Positions 17,414 to 24,965 of a stretch of 53,542 nt of DNA are shown here, piece by piece (positions within the stretch are counted from its first letter, which is position 1; every line of letters begins with the position of its first letter). A program made the translations under genes and the position numbers. The notes under the pieces are model-generated. The model was not told the origin of the DNA. It ran no database searches and was given only the letters and a program-made list of their open reading frames with translations. The stretch spans positions 9,483 to 63,024 of the forward strand of contig JBMFVX010000001.1 in NCBI GenBank assembly GCA_049965775.1. The letters are read 5' to 3'. This DNA is from Phycisphaerae bacterium (GTDB lineage Bacteria > Planctomycetota > Phycisphaerae > WQYP01).

Positions 17414-18949
17414 ATGCGAACTAAACTGATGACGCGGCTTGGTACTCTGGCCGCATTGGTAATGGTCTCGAGCGGCCTGAATGTAAGTCAGGCTGCAGCC
17501 ACCGCTGCCGAGAACGTTTCGGTGCAATGGTCCAAGGTGACTGGCGCTTCGCTGGCGACGCCTACTCTGCAGGTGGTAGTAAACCCGCTGCTGCGACCGC
17601 CCTCGCCGGTTGCGCGCCGGGCGCTTTTGGCGGTTCAACGGTTGAAGGCCGACTATGTTCGGTTTGTGCCCTGGCTGCCATATCCGCAATTGGCAGTGGC
17701 CGAATTGTATCCGCCATCGCAGGGCAAAACGTTCTGGAATTTTAAGCTGATTGATCCGATGGTGCGGGCATTCATGCATGCATCGGATGATCGCCCGGTG
17801 ATCATGAATTTCAGCACCATACCTGAATGGATGTTCAAAACAAAAAAGCCGGTGACTTGGCCAAAGAATCCGGACCAGGTGACTTGGAATTATGAGCAGG
17901 GTACACAGCTTCGCGATGCAAGCCTCAAGACGCTGGCCGGGTATTATGCAAGATTGGTGAGTTGGTATACGCGCGGTGGCCTTCGCGATGAGTATGGTCA
18001 CTGGCATGCTTCGGGCTATCACTATAAATTTGCCTGGTGGGAAGTGCTCAACGAGGTAAACTTTGAGCACCATATGAACGTTCAGGAGTATACCCGCTGG
18101 TACGATGCAATTACCAAGGCGATTCATAAAGTATCACCGGATACCAAATTTGTGGGCATGGCCATGGCTATGGGCCAAAGCGCCGGATATTTGCCATGGT
18201 ACAAATATTTTCTAAACCTCAGCAACCATGCGCCCGGCACGCCGCTCGACATGATTTCTTTTCATTTTTACGCCTCACCGCCCGCAAATGCTGCGCCGAG
18301 CCAATGGCCGAACATATTCTTTTCGCAGGCACAGCAATTTTTAACGGTGGCGAGTAAAATCGCGCAATATCGCAAAGAAGAGTCTCCGAATACTTTGCTT
18401 AACGTAGATGAGCTTGGCTCGATTTTGCCCTATGATACCGCGCCCAAACTGGTGCGCCCCATACCGCATATGTATTGGAACCTCACGGGCGCGATGTATG
18501 CTTATTTATATGTTCGGCTGGCGCAACAGGGCGTTAATGTCGTTGGCGAGAGCCAGTTGATTGGCTACCCCAGTCAGTTCCCAAGTGTTTCAATGATTCA
18601 CTGGACGACCGGCGCTCCCAATGCCCGATTCCGGGTGCTTGAATTGTTGGTGCGCAATTGCGGCCCCGGCGATAAAATGGTGCATACCAATGTCGCGATT
18701 GTTGCTCACAATGGCCGCAAGGCAAGCCAGTTGTTTGCACAGGCATTTGTAACCCCGGCCGGGGCGAAGCGAGTGCTGCTGGTAAACATGGGCGACAGCC
18801 CCAGTCGTGTAAGTATTGCCGGCGCTGCGGGTGCACAGGAAATGTGGGTGGACCAAATTACCGGTTCAAAACAGCCGGGCGCTCGTACCTTACCGCACGA
18901 TGCATTTTCGATAGGCGGACTTGGTGTGGCCGTTATTAAACTCAAGTAA
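17414..18949 (+). CDS. Secreted glycoside-hydrolase-like protein (clan GH-A, GH39/GH79-like guess)
   Basis: Signal-peptide-like N-terminus (MRTKLMTRLGTLAALVMVSSGLNVSQAAA). FAWWEVLNEVNFE resembles the clan GH-A acid/base N-E motif. Start set to the ATG at 17414 (GGAG upstream). The ORF is solid; the family assignment is tentative. Confidence 0.6.
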   Translation: MRTKLMTRLGTLAALVMVSSGLNVSQAAATAAENVSVQWSKVTGASLATPTLQVVVNPLLRPPSPVARRALLAVQRLKADYVRFVPWLPYPQLAVAELYPPSQGKTFWNFKLIDPMVRAFMHASDDRPVIMNFSTIPEWMFKTKKPVTWPKNPDQVTWNYEQGTQLRDASLKTLAGYYARLVSWYTRGGLRDEYGHWHASGYHYKFAWWEVLNEVNFEHHMNVQEYTRWYDAITKAIHKVSPDTKFVGMAMAMGQSAGYLPWYKYFLNLSNHAPGTPLDMISFHFYASPPANAAPSQWPNIFFSQAQQFLTVASKIAQYRKEESPNTLLNVDELGSILPYDTAPKLVRPIPHMYWNLTGAMYAYLYVRLAQQGVNVVGESQLIGYPSQFPSVSMIHWTTGAPNARFRVLELLVRNCGPGDKMVHTNVAIVAHNGRKASQLFAQAFVTPAGAKRVLLVNMGDSPSRVSIAGAAGAQEMWVDQITGSKQPGARTLPHDAFSIGGLGVAVIKLK

Positions 18950-19021
18950 AACAGTGCCTCTGCCGGTGATTGCGCGACCTAATTGTTTGTCCCATGCCAA
19001 AAGGCGGGCGTTGACGGTAAA

Positions 19022-20929
19022 ATGGCCTTCATGATAGGCACTTCGCAGACATTTCAGATGGTGCGCAACGCTGTGCGCATTGAAGACATCATCGGCGAGC
19101 ACATTGCGCTTAAGCCCGTGGGCAAAGAACTCCTGGGGCTGTGCCCGTTTCATGATGATCGTCGGCCCTCGATGCATGTGTCGCCGCAAAAGCAGATTTA
19201 TAAATGCTTTGTGTGCGCAGCGGGCGGCGATGTCTTCAAATTTGTGCAGAACTATCACAAGATGACGCTCGGCGAATCGCTGCGATATTTGGCCCAGCGT
19301 GCGGGCATTAAGCTGCCCGAGCTTAACGCCAACCCGCGCCGGCAGGAAGAAGCGACCATCCGGCAAAAGCTGCTGGAAGCCAACGCGTGGGCCATGAGCT
19401 ACTTTGAGCGCAACTGGCAAACCGGCGAGGCTGCCCCTGCCCGTAAATACCTTGAGGATCGCGGCCTTACAGATGAAACCATCGAGCAGTTTCACATCGG
19501 TTACGCCGGAGAGAAGTGGACGGGTTTTTCAGATGCGGCGGTGCGTGCGGGCCTCCCGCTTGATGTGCTTGTTGGTGCCGGTCTGGTTAAAAAGCGCAGC
19601 GATGGCAGTCCATTTGATATTTTCCGATCGCGCATTATTTTTCCGATCATAGACCGGTTTGATAAAGTAGTCGCGTTTGGCGGGCGCATTGTTCCGCGGA
19701 CCGACGGCGCCGCAGATGAAGGGCCAAAATACCTCAACTCCGCCGAAACACCAGTGTTTTACAAGCGCGAGGCCATGTACGGGCTTAACGCCGCCCGACA
19801 GGACATTATAAACAGCAAGGTGGCCGTGGTGGTGGAGGGCTACATGGATGTAATCGCATGTCATCAGGCGGGGGCTAAAAACGTGGTGGCCACGCTGGGC
19901 ACGTCTTTAACGGTGGAGCACGCACGGGCGCTGCGCTATCTGGCCCCGGCGGCGGTGCTTATTTTTGACAGCGACGACGCCGGCCGCCGAGCCGCCGAGC
20001 GGGCGCTGGATGTATTTATTCGTGAGCCGCTGGATGTGCGCATTGCCGCAGTGCCCGATGGCAAAGATCCGTGTGATTACTGCATGGCCCACGGTGGGGC
20101 GGCATTTAAGGAAGTTGTGGCGCAAGGCCGCGATGCATTGGAGCATCAGTGGAGTCTTTTGGGAGGTCGCATGACCGCCGCCGCCTCGATGCACGAGCGA
20201 CAGGCCGCCGCCAACCGCCTGCTTGAGCTTGTGGCCGCCGCCTTAGACTCCGGCAGCATAGACCCTGTGCGCCGCGGCCTGCTCATCGCCCGCCTCGCGG
20301 GCTTAAGCGGCATGGGACGCGAAGACATTGTTGCTCAGCTTGAACGTATTCGCTCCCGGCCGACGCGAGGCGGCGGGGCAATGGAAGGCGATTCTCAAGA
20401 GCCGCAGCAGGCCTCGTATGCGTCGGCTTATATAACCATTCCGATTTCGGCGGCTCGCATCTCCGCCGAGCGCTGGGCCTTGGGGTGTCTGCTGACCGAT
20501 CCGCGACTGTATGCGTCCGTGCGCGAAGACATGGCGGCCGGCTTGTTTATGCCGCACGGGCTTCGCGCTTTGGCGCATGCTGTTATCGAGTATTTGGACA
20601 ATGCCGCCGACGTTACAGAATGTTCGATGGCCGACTTTTTAGGTTGTCTTGATGATCAGCGGCTTGTCAACGAGGCCTTGGACGCCCAGGCCGACGCTGA
20701 AAAAGGCGAGCGGGTTGGTGATAAGCTCCTCGACGCGTTGCGCTGGCTAAGCGAACACAGGCATGAAGTGCCGCAAACGATTGGCGAAGACCTTGCCGCA
20801 TTGGCCGATCCCTCGCCTGAAACGGTCTCCAGCGGAAGCGGCTGTAACCCTGCGCTGGATCAGCTTATGTTGCCCGCTGCCAGAAAAGACACGCGACACA
20901 TCCTCGGCCCGCGGCCGCCTCGCCGATAG
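19022..20929 (+). CDS. dnaG: DNA primase
   Basis: Zinc-finger CPFHDDRRPSMHVSPQKQIYKCFVCAAGGD and TOPRIM motifs VVEGYMDVI / IFDSDDAGRRAA. Start set to the ATG at 19022. Confidence 0.95.
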   Translation: MAFMIGTSQTFQMVRNAVRIEDIIGEHIALKPVGKELLGLCPFHDDRRPSMHVSPQKQIYKCFVCAAGGDVFKFVQNYHKMTLGESLRYLAQRAGIKLPELNANPRRQEEATIRQKLLEANAWAMSYFERNWQTGEAAPARKYLEDRGLTDETIEQFHIGYAGEKWTGFSDAAVRAGLPLDVLVGAGLVKKRSDGSPFDIFRSRIIFPIIDRFDKVVAFGGRIVPRTDGAADEGPKYLNSAETPVFYKREAMYGLNAARQDIINSKVAVVVEGYMDVIACHQAGAKNVVATLGTSLTVEHARALRYLAPAAVLIFDSDDAGRRAAERALDVFIREPLDVRIAAVPDGKDPCDYCMAHGGAAFKEVVAQGRDALEHQWSLLGGRMTAAASMHERQAAANRLLELVAAALDSGSIDPVRRGLLIARLAGLSGMGREDIVAQLERIRSRPTRGGGAMEGDSQEPQQASYASAYITIPISAARISAERWALGCLLTDPRLYASVREDMAAGLFMPHGLRALAHAVIEYLDNAADVTECSMADFLGCLDDQRLVNEALDAQADAEKGERVGDKLLDALRWLSEHRHEVPQTIGEDLAALADPSPETVSSGSGCNPALDQLMLPAARKDTRHILGPRPPRR

Positions 20930-21030
20930 CAGACGTGGTATTCCGCTGGGGCTATGGTACAAAGGGCACTTTGCCGCGCCCAACTTGGCAAACGGAAGTG
21001 TTTGTTAAAAGGCTTGGCATTGTGGAAGGG

Positions 21031-22836
21031 TCAACACATGACGGCGGGTTGAGGTTTTGATGGGGTGGGTTGAAGCGGCCTGCGGTCGGAGCGGGCAATA
21101 TCCACCACGTGCAGGTCTACGCGAGGCATGCCGTTGTATGCATCCAAGTGCGGCTCTACAAGTACATCCACCTGAACGCCGGCCGCAAGGCAGGGTTCCA
21201 ATTCGCCCATTCGCCAGGCAATGCCGCGAAGCTGGCAACCATCGGCGGCAAAATGTAATTGCAGATGTGAGCCTTTAACGATGCGTGGCGGTCGAGCGAT
21301 GGTGGCGCGCGTAAGTACAAATCTTGGTCGCGGATTGCCATGTCCAAATGGAGCCATGCGATCCAGCGACTCCACCGCCCTGTGCGTAAGCTGGTTTGCC
21401 TGAACGGCGCAATCAAAGTCGAGAGTAGGAATCAACGCGTGTTTGGGAATGGTGTTGCGGGCAAAATGCGCGAGCTTCTGCTGAAACAGCGACAGATTGG
21501 TCGGCAGAAGTTTAACTCCGCCGGCGGCCGAGTGTCCGCCTCCTGAAATGATAAGTTCGCGGCAATGTTCTATGGCAACATGCAAATCAAAGCCCGGGAT
21601 GCTGCGGCCTGAACCCACGAGTACGCCGCTTTCTTCGGTGAGAATGAATGCGGGCCGATGGAAGGCATCCACCATGCGGGAGGCGACGATGCCTACAACG
21701 CCGGCATGCCATTGCTTTTCATAAAGAACAATAGCCGCGGGAAGTTCACCCGCGGCATGCACCATGTCTTTGGCGGTTTGGCTGATTTTACGCTCCACGG
21801 CTTGCCGCTCGGTGTTGCAGCGTTCAAGTTCGTGGGCAATTTTGGTGGCGCGTTCGGCATCATCGGTGAGGAGCATCTCCAGGGCGGCCCTGGCGTGCCC
21901 CATGCGACCTGCCGCATTGAGGCGCGGCGCCAGCGAAAAGCCGATGGCGGTGCCATCAATCTTTCGGTTGCTGTACCCAGCCGCGCCGATCAGCGCTTGC
22001 AATCCTACGAGCGAGCTGAAGGGCAACTGGGCAAGACCATAGCGAACCAGAATGCGATTTTCGCCCACGAGGGGCATGACGTCCGCCACGGTGCCCAGAG
22101 CCGCCAAGGCCGAAAACTCGATCAGCATGCGTCGCAGGGTTTCGGTGAGCGTAGCGGAGCGGCACAGGGCCACGGCCAACCCCCATGCGAGCTTGAAAGC
22201 CACCCCTGAGCCGCACAAATGCGCGTTGGGATAGGTGCTGCCGACAAGTCGTGGATGAATAATGAAATGGGCGGGCGGCAACGTGGCGGGTAGTTCGTGG
22301 TGGTCGGTTACGATTACTGTCATGCCGCGCGATCGAGCCAGCTCAACCGCCGCAGCGCCGGCGATGCCGCAATCTATGGTTATCAGGAGCTTGCAGCCGT
22401 TGTTGGCAGCATCCTCCACGGCCTTAAGCGACAGGCCATAGCCTTCATCAATACGATGAGGAATGTAGTAATCCACGTTGGCGCCGACGCTTTTGAGCAA
22501 ACGCCACAGCATGGCTGTCCCTGTTATGCCGTCAACATCATAGTCCCCAAAAATAAGAATGGGCGATTTGTCGCGTGCAAATGCCGCGATTAGTTCGGCA
22601 GCGGGCGTTAGATTGGGCAGCAGTTCCGGCGGATGGAGATTGCGGAATTGTGGAGACAAGAAGTCGGCGGCGGCGTTTGCGTCGCCAAGACCGCGTGCCG
22701 CCAGCAACTGTGCTACCAAAGGTTCGCATTTTAGTTGATTGGCCAGTTGCGTTAGGGCATCGGCGGGCGGCAGTTCACCGCAGCGCGGTTGCCAGAGGCG
22801 GCGACGAAAGCTGACTTTGTCTGTGCCTGAGATCAT
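21031..22836 (-). CDS. recJ: Single-stranded-DNA-specific exonuclease RecJ
   Basis: DHH-family motifs DYDVDGITG, VIVTDHHE and GGHSAAGG. 601 aa. Confidence 0.95.
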   Translation of the reverse strand: MISGTDKVSFRRRLWQPRCGELPPADALTQLANQLKCEPLVAQLLAARGLGDANAAADFLSPQFRNLHPPELLPNLTPAAELIAAFARDKSPILIFGDYDVDGITGTAMLWRLLKSVGANVDYYIPHRIDEGYGLSLKAVEDAANNGCKLLITIDCGIAGAAAVELARSRGMTVIVTDHHELPATLPPAHFIIHPRLVGSTYPNAHLCGSGVAFKLAWGLAVALCRSATLTETLRRMLIEFSALAALGTVADVMPLVGENRILVRYGLAQLPFSSLVGLQALIGAAGYSNRKIDGTAIGFSLAPRLNAAGRMGHARAALEMLLTDDAERATKIAHELERCNTERQAVERKISQTAKDMVHAAGELPAAIVLYEKQWHAGVVGIVASRMVDAFHRPAFILTEESGVLVGSGRSIPGFDLHVAIEHCRELIISGGGHSAAGGVKLLPTNLSLFQQKLAHFARNTIPKHALIPTLDFDCAVQANQLTHRAVESLDRMAPFGHGNPRPRFVLTRATIARPPRIVKGSHLQLHFAADGCQLRGIAWRMGELEPCLAAGVQVDVLVEPHLDAYNGMPRVDLHVVDIARSDRRPLQPTPSKPQPAVMC

Positions 22837-22902
22837 TCTGAGGCGTCCTTTCCGTCAGATGGCGGCCTAAGCGCGGTGGCCGCATTGTGGTTGGCAACCT
22901 AA

Positions 22903-22936
22903 GTGATATTGTAACAGTCGTGTTGCGGTGCACCAA
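22903..22936 (-). promoter_or_regulatory. Putative recJ promoter (-35 TTGGTG, 17-nt spacer, -10 TACAAT)
   Basis: On the minus strand, TTGGTG (22931-22936) and TACAAT (22908-22913). The 13-mer GTTACAATATCAC is identical to the one at 13305-13317. It lies about 70 nt upstream of the ATG at 22836. Confidence 0.35.
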
Positions 22937-22953
22937 CAACACCGTATGAAGCG

Positions 22954-23790
22954 TCAGACAGCTACAGCCATCTTCTGGCGCACACAGCCAACGGCATTTG
23001 TAAAAATCTCCAAACCATCGGCCTGCGTTGAGCCAGAGCGGCGGGTCCAAGCAGGCCCTTGCAGCAGATCGGCAAAGCGTTCAGGATGCGGCATAAGCCC
23101 GAAGACACGGCCCGTTATATCGCAAATGCCGGCAATTGCCTCCGTGCTGCCATTGGGGTTATCCGGAAAATTCGTTGCCGTGTTGCCTTGTGAATCTACA
23201 TACCTCAGGGCAATTTGGTGGTTTGCTTTCAGTGCGTTTAGCACGGAGGCATCGCGCGTGACAAAACGCCCTTCGCCGTGAGCAATCGGCAGATGCAACC
23301 TCTGGCCAGGCGTAAGCCACTTGCAAAGGGGTGATTCGGCGCGAAGGTGAACCCAGCGATCTTCAAAGCGATTGTGGGCATTGTGCGTGAGCGTTGCTGG
23401 ATGCCAGTCGCCGGCAGACAGTTGCGGCATGGGACCCGGCAGCAGGCCGGACTTCACGAGCACCTGAAAGCCATTGCATATTCCTATGATAAGCTTGCCG
23501 TCGGCGACCCACTGCTGGAGTGGTTGCTTAAGGTGATGAATAAGCTGATTGGCAAGAATCTTTCCGCTGGCAATGTCGTCGCCGTAGGAAAATCCGCCCG
23601 GAATGACCAGTATCTGGTGGCGACTGAATGCGGATGCATCGGCTAGTAGTTGATTAATGTGCAGGCGCGTGGCGCTGGCACCGGCAAGCTCAAAGGCGCG
23701 GGCAAGTTCCAAGTCGCAGTTCGTGCCGGCGGTACGCAGAATCAATACCTTTACATCGGAATTGTTTGTCAAGGGTGTGATTGCCTCCAA
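22954..23790 (-). CDS. purQ: Phosphoribosylformylglycinamidine synthase subunit PurQ (glutaminase)
   Basis: VKVLILRTAGTNCD, catalytic Cys in ICNGFQVL, HGEGRF and MPHPERF motifs. The start codon is uncertain (TTG at 23790 or TTG at 23772). No purL or purS is adjacent. Confidence 0.9.
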   Translation of the reverse strand: MEAITPLTNNSDVKVLILRTAGTNCDLELARAFELAGASATRLHINQLLADASAFSRHQILVIPGGFSYGDDIASGKILANQLIHHLKQPLQQWVADGKLIIGICNGFQVLVKSGLLPGPMPQLSAGDWHPATLTHNAHNRFEDRWVHLRAESPLCKWLTPGQRLHLPIAHGEGRFVTRDASVLNALKANHQIALRYVDSQGNTATNFPDNPNGSTEAIAGICDITGRVFGLMPHPERFADLLQGPAWTRRSGSTQADGLEIFTNAVGCVRQKMAVAV

Positions 23791-23857
23791 ATGCAGCCAT
23801 GCCCGTCATGGGGTGCCGCAGCGCGGTACACCGCCATAGCGCGGGCGGACAAGGCAG

Positions 23858-23887
23858 ATTGTAACATCGGTTGATGTTTGGTTCGAA
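23858..23887 (-). promoter_or_regulatory. Putative purQ promoter (-35 TTCGAA, 18-nt spacer, -10 TACAAT)
   Basis: On the minus strand, TACAAT at 23858-23863 and TTCGAA at 23882-23887. It shares the GTTACAAT core with the two promoters at 13305 and 22903. Confidence 0.3.
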
Positions 23888-23894
23888 TGTTGGT

Positions 23895-24929
23895 TTATAC
23901 CGCGTTGGCATATAGCGGCCGTCCACGGAGTCGCCAGACAAACCACAGAATGGCCCAAACGGCTGCCGTTATAACCACGAACCCTACACCAATAGCTACA
24001 AAATGGCTGTTAAGCGTTTGTGCCCACGAGTAGCCTGAATGGCGACCGTGTGTTTGGGGCGCCAAAAGCCCCCAGATTTCAATAGCCGCAATGCCAAAAG
24101 CCATGAGAACGGTGGTGAGCGTCATGGCTACATTGTAGTAATGAGAGCGTGCACTGGACTGTACAGCCCAGCGGCAGGCCGAGAGAATTAGAAGGCTGTC
24201 GGCCGAGTCCACGAGCGTCATCCCCGCGCCGAAGATGAGTGGAAACATCAGACAATACCATACTGGCAGGCCGTGCGCGGCAGCGCCCGCCGCGATGATG
24301 AGCACAGCTACTTCGCTGGCGGTGTCAAAACCAAGTCCAAACAGCAAGCCCACCATAAAAACCTTCCAACCGGAGTTCGTATAGCGGTAAGTCCGTCGGA
24401 AAAGCCAGGTAAGCAGGCCGCCCGGTCTTCCATGAGCATGCTGGCCCGCATTGGGTGAGCTATTTAATAAACTCCAGATGTTGGCACCACCCACCAGCAG
24501 CAAGAGGCCGGCGGAAATAACCCCGCCCAGTAACCCGCCGATGGCCATGAGGCGTGGTAAAGAAGCCTCCGCTTGATGAGCGCCGGCAATGAGTGCCAGA
24601 GCCAGCCCCAGCACCACGGTCGAATGTCCCAGTGAAAACTGCAGGCCTACAAAAGCACTGGGTCTTGCATCGGCAACCTGGCGGCGTGTAATTCCATCAA
24701 TAGCCGCGATGTGGTCGGCATCCAGAGCGTGGCGCAGGCCAAAAGCATAGGCGGCCAGCGCTAACGCAAGCAGCGCCGGGTTGGCCCTGAAAATATATAC
24801 CGTTACCAACCACATCAGTGCGCTTACGCTGGCTAGCAACATCATCATCAATAGACCTGTTCGCCGGGGCGCTAGGGCAACGGCTGCGGCCTGCGAGCTT
24901 GGCGAAATGGCTTGAAATGATGGGTTCAT
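23895..24929 (-). CDS. hoxN: HoxN/HupN/NixA-family nickel(/cobalt) permease (NiCoT)
   Basis: Signature RHALDADHIAAIDG (H-x4-D-H) and FSLGHSTVV, with about 8 hydrophobic segments. Start preferred at the ATG at 24929 (GGAG 9 nt upstream); the ORF track start at 24956 is also possible. Confidence 0.85.
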   Translation of the reverse strand: MNPSFQAISPSSQAAAVALAPRRTGLLMMMLLASVSALMWLVTVYIFRANPALLALALAAYAFGLRHALDADHIAAIDGITRRQVADARPSAFVGLQFSLGHSTVVLGLALALIAGAHQAEASLPRLMAIGGLLGGVISAGLLLLVGGANIWSLLNSSPNAGQHAHGRPGGLLTWLFRRTYRYTNSGWKVFMVGLLFGLGFDTASEVAVLIIAAGAAAHGLPVWYCLMFPLIFGAGMTLVDSADSLLILSACRWAVQSSARSHYYNVAMTLTTVLMAFGIAAIEIWGLLAPQTHGRHSGYSWAQTLNSHFVAIGVGFVVITAAVWAILWFVWRLRGRPLYANAV

Positions 24930-24965
24930 GGTTAAACTCCGTTTTTTGCGGACCATCGCAGGTGG

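Noticed and set aside
23791-23857. Possible purine-type riboswitch (ZTP/pfl or similar) in the purQ leader
   Set aside because: I could not find the conserved ZTP cores (ACUGGCG / CCGCCUGGGC-like) or any other riboswitch signature by eye. The leader is only about 60 nt.
23879-23890. GGTTCGAATG, resembling a tRNA T-loop (GGTTCGAATCC)
   Set aside because: The flanks contain no acceptor, D or anticodon stems. The TTCGAA more plausibly serves as the -35 of the purQ promoter.
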